64,000 nt of DNA from Moniliella sp. 'wahieum' (lineage: Eukaryota): positions 1 to 64,000 of the forward strand of contig RSEE01000027.1 in the NCBI GenBank assembly GCA_003971905.1. The letters are read 5' to 3'. Shown here piece after piece: positions 40,188 through 53,653 of the stretch (its first letter is position 1; every line of letters starts with the position of its first letter). Below the pieces are notes generated by a model. The model had not been told where the DNA came from. It searched no databases and worked only from the letters and a program-made list of their open reading frames with translations. The position numbers were made by a program, and so were the translations under genes.

Positions 40188-40638
40188 TTGTATGGTTATC
40201 GATCCATCCACCCCATCACTCGAATCATTACTTTGTGGGCTGTATGTACACCCTTTTCACCACTGATTTTCACCATTCCCTGTATGACTGTTTTTGTAGA
40301 TCATCCGTGGATTTCACCAGCATGTTAGTCACGAAAGGGATCGCAATATATGAGGGCACCGTCTAAGTTTCCTACACGGAGGATAGCCGCTCCCATGGTA
40401 TGGATGTGGTGCGATGAAAAAGGAGAACGAGAGCAACTTGGGTAATAAGCATGCCGTGAAAAGCCTATGTCCCAGCATGAGCTGTTTATGTGTTCTGCCA
40501 ATCCCCACACGACAGTCCCACTCATGGGGCCACCAACCCAAAGTTCAAGCAATGGAGTCGGCGGCAGCCAATCCATGTGGTCGCTCCATCAATCGCCCTT
40601 AATTTTGAGTGCCGATCATCTCTCAGTAAGGTCTAACC

Positions 40639-40660
40639 TGACTAGTGACTAGTGACTGCA
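40639..40660. repeat. (TGACTAG)n heptamer repeat between the convergent TES1 and RPL3 genes
   Basis: TGACTAGTGACTAGTGACTGCA; its first 21 bp recur at 61071-61091. Confidence 0.8.
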
Positions 40661-40828
40661 TCCCGTCTTTAATTAAACCGAAAGTCTATCAACAATACAA
40701 GGTCCCAATATGGTAGCAATGGCAATGGGATTCGCCATGCAGGCATGGTGGCATACGAGGTGGCAGAACACCAGACATATTTTGAGGTAGGTTTGCAAAG
40801 CTCAACGAGGAATGAGAAACAAAATAGT

Positions 40829-42001
40829 TTACTCGAAGACAGCCTTGAGCTTGCGGGGGCCGAGGAAGGCGTCGGCCTCCTCGCGGGTCTAACTGACCGT
40901 GACCGTGCTTGGACGAGGTGTCGATCCACTTGAGACGACGTTCTCGAGCGCAGCACGCGAGGTGTGGTGGGCCATCGACTTACGGAGGGTCACCACGCGC
41001 TTCTTGGTACCGGGGATGGAGCCCTTGAGCAGGACAAAGTCCGAGTTGACAATACCGTAGTGAGGGAAGCCACCCATGGGGGTGATGGCCTTCTTGGTGG
41101 CGTCGAACTCAGTCGAGCCAGAGCCCTCCTCCGAGCCAGTGGCAATCCGGTAGATCTTCTTGTTGAGCTCAGTACGGTGGTGGTAGCCGTCCTGACCAGC
41201 ACGGGCGACAGTGAAGCGCACGTTGGCCGGGTGCCACGCACCAATGCAGGCAACCTTGCGGAGACCACGGTGGGTCTTGCGAGGAAGCTTCTTGACACCC
41301 CAACGAGCCACGACACCCTCGTTACCGTGACCCTTGGTGATCGAGATGACGTCAACGATCTCGTTCTCGGCGAAGACCGACTTGAGGTCAACCGTCTTCT
41401 CGAAGTGCTCCTTGGCGAAGTCAACCTTGTCCGAGATGGAGCCACCGTTGACCTGGATCTCCATCAGGTGCGCCTTCTTCTGCTTCAGGCCAGTCTTGGA
41501 GAGCTGAGTGTGGGCAAGCACACGGACGACCGTGCAGTACTTGCGGATACGCTCGAGCTCCTTGCTGATCGAAGCACCGCCATCCTCAGAGTACTTCTTG
41601 GCGTAGGTAGTGAACGCCTTGCGCTTGGAGCGGTACCAGTTCTTGTAGAAGCGACGCTTGACCTCCTCCGACAGGTGCTCAGCCCAGACGGTGGTGAGGG
41701 CGCGGAGACCCTTGGGCGTCTCAATGTAGCCAACGGCGCCGACCACAACAAGAGGAGGGGCCTCGACAACGGTAGCCGACTCGACAATCTCCTTCTTGTG
41801 CATCTTCGAACCAGGCCGCTCGAGCTCACGCACAATGTGGGTCATGCCAGCCTTGTAGCCGAGGAAGGCGGTGAGGTGGACGGGCTTCTTGGGGTCGTCC
41901 TTGGGGAAGGCACGCACGCGGCCGCGCGGGTGCGCAGCACGCTTCCGGGGCAGGAAGGCCGTGCTACCGTGACGGGGGTGCTCGTACTTGCAGTGGGACA
42001 T
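40829..42001 (-). CDS. RPL3: 60S ribosomal protein L3 (uL3), intronless
   Basis: [65 protein letters not shown]-terminus reached across frameshifts. Confidence 0.98.
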
Positions 42002-42003
42002 AG

Positions 42004-42113
42004 TGCTTGGTGGTCGACGGAAGGAACAGGTCGGGGCTGCTCGGCTGCTTGCCCAAGACGCCAACAAGCCAAGAGGGTGCATAAAGAATAGGGTTAGGTT
42101 GAACTACAGTGCC
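42004..42113 (-). promoter_or_regulatory. RPL3 promoter/5' leader motifs shared with RPL4
   Basis: On the - strand: GGCACTGTA (42105-42113), CTTGGGCAA (42049-42057), CCACCAAGCA (42004-42013). AATAGGGTTA is on the + strand at 42087-42096. Confidence 0.55.
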
Positions 42114-42912
42114 CCCCCTGCGTGTTGCCGCAATTTTTAATTACTGCGGCCCGCAGCAAATTAGGTGCCTTAGGCCTTATTTGAAACCAACAACATGGTG
42201 AGACGAGAACTGTGGACGAGCATTTGCCCCACACTGCAACAACGCAACCATGTCTCGTGCCCAACAGCACCTCTTTCAAGCCCTCGGTTTGGACTTCGCG
42301 GCCGCTCCGACTGGGCAAACGCACTGTTATAACGTCCTTGGCGTACACTCATAAGACTCATGATGGGAATTCGTTCCCCTTCCCATGTAATGTCAAAGAT
42401 TATTGCACGGACAGAGACTGTGGCTTCTACTACGAGGACGTCAGAGGACAGACATTCGCGGTGTGTTAAAGGACTGAAGAGCCTCGAAAGTGTTTTTCGC
42501 TGCCATGACGAGATGACGCACAGAATGGTCAAGAGGTCACTCTGTTCAAAACGAAATTGTCGTAGGCGCTAGTGGTATATGGACGAGAATACGGGCATGC
42601 TCGACAAGTGCAACCTCTACTCTTCTATCGACGAAAAAATGCATGTAAGGGTGAGGGGGGGGGGCAGTAGGCATTCAGTCTGTGCCATAGCACGCCAGTA
42701 TAAGCAACACAGAATTGATGTAACATCAATACAGAGTGTAATCGGGTCAGGGGAATGTAAAAAGGTGTGCCAAACACAGCGGGGCCTCGGAGAGTACTAC
42801 CAACAGTGCTGCGGTATCGAGGGAGTATAGTAGGTTGCTCCATGAGATCGCGGGTGTATATAGGAGAGAGGTCGTGAAAGGGGTGAGTGAAGACAGGATG
42901 CTCTCCAAAAGA

Positions 42913-45900
42913 TTACTGAGTATTACTAGGCGAAACAGAGGAAGGGCTCTCTCGCGAGAGACGGTGGACGATTTGTTGGTGATGCGCCTGGAGTTGGTGG
43001 TGATACTGCGCCTGGCTGTTCCCCTCCTTTGGCGATTTCTCCGAGATGGGAACGGTCGGACCGGGTTCAACAGTGCGATCTGTATCGGTAGGGATGCACC
43101 ATCGGTGGAGGATCTGCTGTCCCTCTGGACGGCCACAGCGCCCAGACTCGGGGTGAGCGGAGCCGATCCCAGGCCAGACATTAACCGGGCGATGGTCCCA
43201 GGGGTTTGGGGGACAATTTCCATCGGGGTCCTAAACCCAATCCTGACGAGAGTTCCATCGGCAGTAGATCACCAAGGGCAAGTGGAACTCCCGCGACCAG
43301 TCCCCCATCTTGTCCATCTCACTCGATGGTGTGCCAGCCTTCTCCTCCGCCACCTCTTCTGGCACAGTCGCGGAGGTACCAGGGTCCTCTCTCTCGGTTG
43401 GGAATGCATATCCCTTCCTAACAGAGTTGGTGCCTGTTCTGGCGCTGCGGCCACAGCAGGGGATTTGGCAGTAAACTGAAGCACCACCGAAGCATTGTGC
43501 TGCGTCTTGACTAACGATGGAGGTGGTCGTGGGGCCACTGCCTGGGGAACAGAGCGCGATATTCCAGGGAAGGAGCGGGGGAATGAAGTTCGTTGGCGTT
43601 TTCCCGAACGACGGCGTTCGAGATTGGGCACCCAGTCGTTCGCCTCGTCGCCATCGTCGTCATCGTCATCCTCAACAGCCCATTCGGTGTCCTTTTCATC
43701 AATCACAACGCGAGGGCGAACCTTGTGGAAGCCAGAGATGGATCCGCGGCTGCGCCGGCCATGCAGAAACTCTTCCTTAGCTGGAGAAAGTGGAGAAGGT
43801 ACCATCGAATGACCGGCCATGGTGGTTGAGGATGAAATAGACGCACGACGCAGTTTACCCGTGAGAGCCGAACCAGGGGAAAGCCCTTTAGCTGGAGAAT
43901 CAGCAGAGGAACCGTCGGATTCGGACACGGCATAGGCTCCATCTGACCATCCAGGCACGGGGTCATCGTCCACCGAAATGTAGTACGGCGCCTTGTACAG
44001 ATCTTCGCGGTGCCGAGCTAACCAACAAGGGTCAAACAGAGCGGCCGGCAACCGACGACCGCGAAGGGAATGGGGAATGTCCAAATCCAATGGATAGTCC
44101 CGTCTCCACCGTCTAGGTTCGGTAGCGTCGCCTAGGTCAGGATCGACTGAAACAGGGACGCTTTTGCGCCTCCGTGTGCTCGAACCAAGGGTACGCATAG
44201 CCTGGCGATCTGCTGCCACATAGGCCCGGGTCAGGGCTGGATTGCGCCAGAGAGGGGTAACCGCTTCAACCCCCTTGGGCGAAGGTTTCTTGCCCCGCCG
44301 CCCCTTAGCACCTGAGAAGGAAGAGGGCGAGCTATCTTCAGACATGTCGAGGTGGCCGAGCTTGCGCTTTCGTTCAGCGCGCCATGATTCAACCGACATG
44401 CCATGCAGATCATCATCGCTTGCTGCGTCGTCGCTGTAGGCACCGGGAATAAGCAACTGGCGCGGGATAGGCTTGCGGAGACGAGCTGCGCCGCGTTCAC
44501 GATCGCGCTGCTTTGTTTTAGCCCGTTCCAACATACGCAAACGGAACACCTTCTGTTCTGCCGTTTCGTCCGCTGTTTGCGAAGGTTCGGCCGCACGCCT
44601 TGCCGAAAACCTGAGCGGGCACTGTCCAACAAGTCTTTCGCCACATCCTCCACATGACTGGGCTGGAGGACCCCAGGAGCCACGCCATACTCAAATGGCT
44701 GAGCACGAGTCAAGGCATGACCAACACGGATCAGCTCGTTCATCAGCGCTGAATTGGTGCGGTAGTAGTCCTTGCTCTGAAAGTCAATGTGAAAGAGCCG
44801 ATGCTCGGGAGTGACACCGAGTTGGGTTAACGCCCCCCCGCCACCGGGCAAACTAGCTAGTGCAGCTGGATCAGGGTTGGGGTGATCCACCCATTCCACC
44901 ACATCGTGCGTGTCGGTGAGCTGGCGGAACTCGGTTGTGTCCAGGAAGCGATACAGGTACACCCGCAAGTCACGCTGGATGAGTAAAACGTGTCAGTAAG
45001 ATAGAAAGCGGGAATAGGCGGGGGGAGGGGGGCAGCGATAAACTGACCAAAAGTTTGCGATTCCGATACCTCTTGTCGCTCGGTGCGATCTCTGTCACCA
45101 GCTCCGAGTCAAACTGGGGTACTGATGCGGACTTGCGGTTTCGGCGTCCGGGGAAAGGCGGCATGGGCGAGACACCAACCACATGCGTAGTAAAGGACGT
45201 AGCATTACCCTTGGGGGCACCAAAGTGGTAAGGAGCTGAGTTAGAGGATAGTGAGGGGGGTTGATAGCCCGTGGGACCCGGTTGGAGCACCGAAGCTGCT
45301 TGCGCGCTGGCTGGTTGGCTTAAAGGGAGTGGTCTCAAAGGAGACGGGGCGTTGACCGTTGAAGAATGGGTATCTCGCACGATACGAGAGTCTTGCGCTT
45401 GGTCAGGGGACGTGGCGGGCTGGTTGAACCAACCGGCCATATGAGGATGCAAGCCAATTACACTCGCCGGCATTCCCCTAGTGCTGCAGACCCTCCCACA
45501 GACGCGTTTGAACCTAACGCTGAAGCCGGACCCGAAACATTCCCCGCATCCATACTGTTTGCTTGCATCGACGCTTGCGCAAACGAAGGGATATGAGGCA
45601 TCGCGTCATCTTGGCCTGAACTGAGTCGCCGATTGGAAGCCGCCACAGGGTGGTTGAAAGAAGGGAGGATCGACGCTGATTGGCTGCGCGACTTGAGCGA
45701 GTTGGCGAGAGCGGTTATGTGCTGAGGAAGATGCAGTGTTCCGCCAAGTTGATGCTTGACCTGGTCGTGTGTTGCAGTCGGGACAAAATGAGTAGGGTGG
45801 CGAGGGGGCGAAACTGTCATGAGTTGCGCACCCAGAGAGGTGTCATCGATGGAGGGCTGTCCCTGTCGAGGTGGCGGGGGCGCAGGCTGCTGAGGAAATT

Positions 45901-46687
45901 GCTGGTGGGGTAGAGGTGGGGCCGGGGTAAAGACAGCAACGTTGTTGGGGAGCTGGGGAAGGTGATTGGAGGAGACGCTAGGGACCGAGTGGCGCTGGTG
46001 CGGCTGGTCGGTCAATTTCATGGAGGCCATCATTGTGCCAGCAGAGGGAGCAGGTACCATGCCCACACTCCCTGACCTGCTGTGGGCAGCTGACGAAGTA
46101 ATGGCGCTTCCAGAAGGTGAGTCGGGCTGCAAGCTGGGAGAGCTAGCGTGCGAGTCGGCGGTGACGACCGAGCTGGACAGATGGGGCAGCGGCGGGGGGG
46201 CGACAGGTGCATGTGACGGTCCCCACGAGGAGACGAATTGTTGCACCGAAGTGGGCCAGAGTGGAAGTCTGGGCAGACGCAACGGTTGGGGCAGCCGTGG
46301 TCGCAGGGGGTGGGCGAGAGTCGAGGGGAAGAGAGAAAATCTGGTGGGTGTTCTCTTGGATGGTCCCCATGAGTTGCCGCACAGCCGCCTCCATGGAGGC
46401 AACGTCCTGGGCAGTGAGTGTGCCATGGGCAATGCGTGCGGCAGCCATCTGGTTGGCCAGCGCACCCAGGTCGGATTGGACGGCAGTCATGAGTCCGGCC
46501 GCGCGAGAGGCAGCGTCCCAAGAGGAGCGGGGGCGTCCGGCGGCGGAGGTGGGGCCTGGGCTTGCATGCGGGGGTCCAGCCAGGGGTGAGGGACGTCGAA
46601 GGGGAGCGGGTGGGATGGGTAGGCGGCAGTGGTACGTGAGCCTGCGTCTGGCATAGGCCCATCCGAGATGGCGGGCACGAACGACAT
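42913..46687 (-). CDS. Large hypothetical protein (about 1200 aa), mostly disordered, with a coiled-coil-like segment and a central basic domain
   Basis: Chained - strand ORFs 46487-46687, 46143-46718, 45458-46465, 44970-45473, 44231-44968 and 43269-44549; intron 44975-45047 (GTCAGT...CTGAC...CAG). No family recognised. Confidence 0.6.
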
Positions 46688-47477
46688 GGCGACGGCGGCG
46701 GTGCAGACGCGGATGCACCGGTCGATGCCAATAAAAACGCAGAGCTAGCTAGCTGGTGGGGGAGCCCAAGGTGCCCGGCTGCAACCAGCGGCTCCCAAAT
46801 CCAGCAGATACGCGGCGCGGCGCCGCTGGGTCTCAGCGGTGATCTCACCCGTGACTTGGGCTGGGGCCGACGCGGGTGGGGGGCGTACACAGGCGTGGTG
46901 CGGTCGTTTGGCTGGCCGGCTCCGTGCTGCGTGCAACTAACTAACTAGCCAGAGCAGGCCAGAGCGTGCTGCAGCGGGAAGCTTGCCCTCGGCAGCCGTG
47001 CAGGCCGATGCTTGCACCGGGACCTGGCCACTAGGCACTGCAGCCGCAGGGGCGCACCATGTCTCGCCTGCTCCGTCACAGGTGGGGTGCCTTGCGGCCG
47101 CTAAGCCGCATCGGGCGGGGGGGAGGGGGCAGTCTGGGACAGTCTGGGGCAGTCTGGGGCAGCACAGAGAGCACCGCGCCGCCCGATTCAGTTCCCGACG
47201 GGGCCGCGGGTGTGATGCCTGCCGGTGCATGTGCCTGTGACATGTGATGCATGATGCATGCATGGGAACACCCGATGGGGTCTCTCGGCGCTACTCTTCA
47301 AGCTTCAGCTTCACTCCCCAGCATGCAGCACCCGGGGCCCCGAAAAAGGGTCCCGATCCCCCTTCTCTTGGAGATTGAGGCATCGCTCCGATCTGGTGGC
47401 CTACGACGATATAGGGAAGAACTGTGGCTAGGAGGGGCCAGGGCTAGTCACTCGATATGGTCACTTGTCACTTGCAG

Positions 47478-47524
47478 AGCTTCAAGCTTCAAGCTTCAAG
47501 CTTCAAGCTTCAAGCTTCAAGCTT
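47478..47524. repeat. (AGCTTCA)6.7 tandem heptamer
   Basis: Perfect tandem array; each junction forms the palindrome AAGCTT. Confidence 0.95.
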
Positions 47525-48863
47525 ATTCACGCGTTCACGGCCACTACTGTTGTTCGCCACCGACCAGCCGGTATACTGTCTAAGAAGTGGTCCGGCCAGC
47601 TTGCGTGTGATCTGAGACGCGCGTGACATTGTGGGAATGCAATATGCACCTCCGATAGCTGAGCGCTGACCAACTGACCAGGCTGACCGCGTGACGTATC
47701 GGTTGTGGCCTGTGGGGTTTGACGATGTTGACGCGTTGACGCGTGGACGTTTGGGCGTGGGCCGATGGGGCCTGGGAGCCTGGGGCCTGGGCCGGTTGGG
47801 GGGCTTGCTGGGGGGCGATGGCAGGGTTTGGGAGTGGTGATCGATGATCGATGATCTCGGTGATCGACGTTGGGGCCTCTGTTAATCCGATCGGCCGCCG
47901 GCAGGCAGAGACTGATCTCTTGGCATGCAGTGGTTGCCTGCGATGGCTACAGGGATCGGACGCACGAGATGCTGAGTGTACGCACAGGCGGCCTAATATT
48001 ACCGGTTACCACGGGCTTTACCCATTTGCCGTGCATCGCGTTTCCTGCACCCCACCCTGCTGACACATCCGGTCACCTAGGCCAACACGTTATACATAGG
48101 ATAGACAGGAGGTTTAACGCATACTGTGTGTGCTGGTGGCCATCGGTCACCGATTACCGATCATGATCATTTCATCGATCTCAGATCTCATCCATCATCG
48201 AGATCATCGGCATTCTGTGATTTGTGGGACCTGATGAGTATGAGAAAGGCCTGTACACCCATGCTCCATGCGTGTGATGCACACATCCGAAAAGACGATG
48301 CAAAAGTGATGAACGTTGTGAACCAGTATCTCAAGATCTCATCACCAGAATAAGAGGGCCAACCAGCGTCAAGCTATCCCGGATACCATCCACCCTGCGT
48401 ACCTTGAGTATGCCGTCGAGTAACTGAGACTTAGTACTCCACTCAGCTGAAGTCAGCGCTCAACCTCAGGCCTCGCCCTCACCAGTGCACTGAGCCTGAA
48501 AGCGAAACGCCGCCATACCAAGTAAAAGAGGGTATGCATAAAGGTTGTGACGCACAATCGGGGGAGGGAAGGTATATATCAACAGCTAAAATGGAGAGAG
48601 TAGAGGTTAAAACGGTTGTGTGGGCGAGACATGGGTGGTAAGAACAAACAAGAAAGAAAAAGGAAGAATTGGTGTGCGTAAAAGCAAAAACAGACAAACC
48701 ACGGAGAGAGAGAGAAGCACGGCTTACATGCTTAAAGGGGTGGCAGAGAGGGATGACATCCACAAAGAGTCCAACAGATGAGCACAAGATCAAACGGAGG
48801 CATGCAGAGTACTTGGATGGAAGTTGAGAGACAGAGGGTTGGACTCGAAGGGGGGGTGCGGGG

Positions 48864-51800
48864 TTACATGGCGATGCAGTTGCTTGGAACTGGATCTTCA
48901 GGGTGTGCGTCAGGGAGGTGGAAAGATGCAGAGCATCAAGGTCGTTGTGGGCACGGCGAGAAAAGTGGAGGTGATTGCGTGTGTGCTGCGCACTAAGCCG
49001 ACGCGAGACGCTCGAGTGGCGAAGATATGTATTCCATGCCGTTTCCCGGTTCCCACCCGGCCTAGAAAGGCAACAGGACGGTGTCCCTGAGAGTGATGAA
49101 TGAGTGTTGGTGTGTTGAAGGATGTCAAGTCTTCGGGCGCTTCACTGCGAGTGGTACGTATACTAGCCGGTTTGCACAGACTGGACCTCCGTTGCGTGGA
49201 CTCTGACAAGGACGAAGGCAAATAATGGTGGGGGGAAGGTCCGTCAGAATGGCGACGGGTGGAGTCAAGGCGTACCCGAGAGCTATGTTGATTTGGTGAA
49301 TGATATCGGGCCGGTGTTGAGTGAAGACGCTGAGTTGAAGACCTGCGACCGCGAAGCCGATGATTTCTTCGTGCAGAAGGAGTAAAGTCACTACCCGACT
49401 CGATCCATGGATTCGGGATGGAGGCATCGAGTGGAGGCGCCGAAGTACTTAGCCGTTGCAAAGACACGAGCGGGATGCAAGGCAGGGGGGCCCGAGCAAG
49501 GCAACGCCGGTGGCACACTAGCCCACACTTGGAACCGCATAGAAGCGAGTCCGACATGGGCATAATCGCCTCAAAGCACACGCTGCACTCCAAGGATTGG
49601 CTAAAGACGGCACGGATGAAGTTGTGCTGTTGTACAGCAGGTTCCGTAGTTGATACCTGGGAGGCTACGAAGACGAGTGTCGCTCACTTTAAGCTGCAGG
49701 TTCAGGGGAGGTAAGAGAAGCTTGGCCCCTGCCAGGCTCTGACATGGATGGGTGCCGGGATGAGGGTGTAGTGGCCACAGGGGAAGTAGGGGGTCCAAAT
49801 GTCACTTGAGACAAACGGCGAGCTTCGGCTGAGATGCGATGCAGGGCCGGTAATGAGTTTTGGGCCACCCTTGGGTCACTGATCCATACTTGGTCCAACC
49901 AAGGGTGCGTGCACAGATCGCTGGCAGCGGGACGGTCTGTAGGTAACTTGGAAAAACAAGACATGAGAAACTTGGTTAGGTCCTCGGATATATCTGAGGG
50001 CAGGGGAGGATGAGAATCGGTTACGATCTTATACAGAGCCTGCATAGAGTTGAGCCTTGCGTAGGGAGGATGTCCGGTCAACATTTCGATCACCAGACAC
50101 CCAGCGACCAAATGTCACTCGCTGTCGAAGCCCCTTGTAACGAAACAATTTCGGGCGGCGCATCCAGTACGGGGTGCCGATCACTTCATGGGCATGGGAA
50201 GGCGAATTCACCGACCAACGAGAGACGCCAAAGTCGGTTAGCTTAATGTTTCCCGACTTGGTGGTCAAAATGTTGGCTGCTTTCAGGTCGCAATGGATCA
50301 CACCCGCTTCATGAAGGTAGCATAGACCATCAAGAATCTTCAATGTGTACGTGGCCACGAGCGGCTCTTGGAAATGTCCGAAAGACCGTAGCATCTTGAG
50401 AAGCGAACCATTTTCAACATACTCTGTCACAATGCACAGATGGTGCTCTATCTTGACTGCGCCATAGTACCGCACTACGCTCGGGTGACTCAAACGCTTG
50501 AGCATGTCAACTTCTTGAGAAAGCGAGCGAGCCTCCTCCTGGTCCTTTCCCTTAAAGGGGATTACCTTGACCGCCAGTGTCTGGCCTGTACGCATCTCAA
50601 GTGCGACGTAGACCACACCGTATTGCCCCCGCCCAATGGGTTTCCGGCCCAGGGTCTAGACAAGGTCAATCAACCACGCGGTTCACAAACAAATTTCACA
50701 ATCAGTACATCTCAGTTTCTTCAAGAAAGAAAAGAGGAGGGGGACGTACCAGTGACAACGAAGAACCGTCCGCCTGCTGAGGATCGAGATTTAGGGGGTT
50801 ATGGACGAAAGATCCCAACGAGCTGGAATCCAAGTCGGAAACAGCCGAAGACTTGGTTGTGCCCGATGAGACATGATGCGGCGAGGAGAAGGAATGCTGG
50901 CCGTAGTATCAGAATTGCGCCGGAGCTGATGAGGGGCAAGTTCGTTCAGAGTCCGGGGGAAGAAATGGGTGGCAGAAGCACCCAGATGTCCGGATTCCAC
51001 TTCTCCCGTTGTACTAGTACTGTCAGTGATACTCCTTGGACATTGACCCTTCCTTCTTCTTAGGGGACGAGAGACGCTTAAAGCGCAGATTGCCCTGCCT
51101 TCCCGGATGAGAGGGGGAGACGAGGACAACGCAGTGCCAGATATGAGAAGTGGAAGTTCCAGTCTTTTTGAGAGGGTGTGAAACCTCGTTTAAACTCCCC
51201 TTGCTCCCATCATTCTTCCCGTTCCGTACTCCTTTCTGGCCCGATGTCATGGGCAACAAATACGATGGGTGAGGGAACGGAACCGACGATGTATCTGAGG
51301 GAAAAAACGGAGATGCGCGCCAGAGGTTGCCATCGATGGCGATCCAGTCATCGATGGCTCCACCTGAATTGCTTCCTGGGCAGATGGACTAGAAGTTGGC
51401 TCCTCCATTGAATGGGCCTGAGGAGGGTGTTTCCCAAAGGCAGGGAGAAATCCTGTGGCAGCTTGATAGTTGATGGAACTGTGGGGTGAATCGGGTTCTT
51501 CTTTGAGACTTGTCAAGACCATTTCTGTTTTGAGTGTCTCGCGACGCTCATAGGTCGTACCAGTAGAAAAGGGGGTAGGGGCTGGTCGAAGAGGTAGCAA
51601 ACTGGGGGCCAATCCCATCTGAGTCACCTCAGTGCTGGAAGAGGAACGGTGGACTTGACGATTAATGGCCCTGCTAGACCTGTTTCCCTGGATTCCCATG
51701 GGCAAACCATCGGCAGAGCCCGGTAGCCTTGATGGCTCGCTGGCACGGATCAATTCGGACACAGTTGGTTCCCTGTCCGATGTGTGGGAGACCAGTACTA

Positions 51801-52781
51801 CTTGACCTGCCACTGTATTCGATCCAGTAGTGGCATTACTCACTGCGCTGCCGGCTCGTCCTGGGGAAATGTCACTGGCGGACCGAGAGAAAGTGATGAT
51901 ACTGCTCCGGCGAGAGGGATTGGACATGGGGACGGAAGGATCCTCGCTTTCCCTTCCTACATCCAGAGAGACCGGGGTGTGCTTGAGCTACTGGCGTGCC
52001 ACACGAAGGTGACGGACTTACTAGATATGGGACTGTTCTCACTGGAGTGGTCCGAAACTTTCGGAGGAAACTGGAAACCCTCCGGCTCATCCGCTCCTCA
52101 CCGCTCCCAGGAATTGGAGTCGGATTGGTAGAATCAGTAGAACTGGTGCGTGCGTGAATGGAATGACGGATGCGATCCACCAGTCGAGCCGGGGATGGCT
52201 AGATTCTGCCTTGGAATTTGGGGGACTGGTTGAAGGGTTTTGGCCCGAACTCGGTTGCCAGAGGCGAGGTCGCGCATGGCTTGCTCTCTTTTGGCGACGG
52301 CCTCGCCGGAACGGAAAAGCTCGCTTGAGCTAGGCTGGTAACAGTCCACATCTTCCTGACCCAAGAGACGGTTTCAGAGTCTTGGATATCAGTATTATTT
52401 CTGCTATTCTGAGAATTGTTGCCCTGACGTGGACCCAGGCCTTGGAAATCTTGTCGCCCACGATATGAGAAACGTGTGAACGAGGCACCGGCGCATCTTG
52501 TGATGATGCACCATGCGATTGCACTTTGTCCTCATCCTGACGGTGGTGCGAGCGGGATGAAAGAAACGATGTAGAGCTTGACCCTTTCTAGTGGGAATGT
52601 CGATAGGAGCTGAAGGGCGGTCTGTGGTTAGGCCTGGGGGACCCGGTGAATAGTTATCCCCAGAATCCAACACGCATCCGGGGGGCGTCTCGTCGTCCGA
52701 GAAGATAATACAAGCAGAATGAGGGCGTGAACCAGTGGAAGGGGTGCGGGAGCGGGGAAAGCAGCTGCGCATTTCAGGCAT
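48864..52781 (-). CDS. Ser/Thr protein kinase, STE11/Cdc15-like, with long N-terminal extension and C-terminal C1 (Cys/His) domain
   Basis: IGRGQYGVVY, LAVK, EYVENGSL, IHCDLKAANIL, DFGVS, GTPYWM(APE), SDIWS; C1-like HNF...CSVC...CGSKCGLVCHRRC...PC; intron 50656-50749. Both ends approximate. Confidence 0.88.
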
Positions 52782-53653
52782 GCTAAAATGTAATGCACCA
52801 ACCAACAGGAGGGGAGCAGGGGTACAATGTACGAAGCGGTTGGAAACGGGGTTTTCGTTAACGTTAATGAGATGGGCACACCGCGATACCGGGTTAGGTG
52901 ATGGGGAGGGACAGAAGTATGCCACACAGCCCACGGCGAGAGCGGGGGCGGCGGCTGTGATGTCGAAGGAAGAGAACGATGATGAGCAGACCGTCAGATG
53001 GTCTTTGCAGCAGCGCCCAATGGGGGGGGGGGGGGGTCGATGGAGGTGGGGATGATAATAGTGCGATTGCAGGGGACACAGGGAATGCAAAAAAGGTTTC
53101 GAGTGGCGGCTGAGTGGAATGTGCGGCGCTGACGTACTTGCGGGGAGGGGGCTGTTATAATATAGCGCGAGGGTCGGTACTTAGTGAATATATATAGTAA
53201 TTGCCTCCTGATGTGGGTACTGGGCCACTGCGCCAGTCACCGCCCACAGCAAACTAGGAACCATATAATAAACGCCGTTATGCTCAGCCCCCCAAACTGC
53301 TCCGCGTATCCTCTTACTAGCTTTACTCCTCATCTGCCCTCCTCCCATCCGGCCCGGGACGATTCCCTCAGGCCTCAGAGGATCAGCTGCGCTCAGGCTG
53401 AGCTCGAGCGTCGTTGTCGCTTCGCGCCCGCTCGTTGCGCAACAACATTGCGAGCAATCCAGCCCATAAAACTCCTTTCCGAGACCTTCTCTCACATCCA
53501 GGAGCACCAAGGTCATACATATAGCAATCCGTGTTATACGGCATGCAAAAAAGGATTGAACATGTAATCCGCCACATCATACTTCAAGCTTTAACTCACC
53601 TTCAAACTACTTCTCATCTTCACGAGCTTCTCATCACGTATTAACCGTGCGCG

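Noticed and set aside
40964..42091. 375-aa antisense ORF over RPL3
   Set aside because: Same codon-bias shadow effect.
47478..47524. CRISPR-like or telomeric array
   Set aside because: No spacers, eukaryotic context, and the unit is unrelated to TTAGGG.
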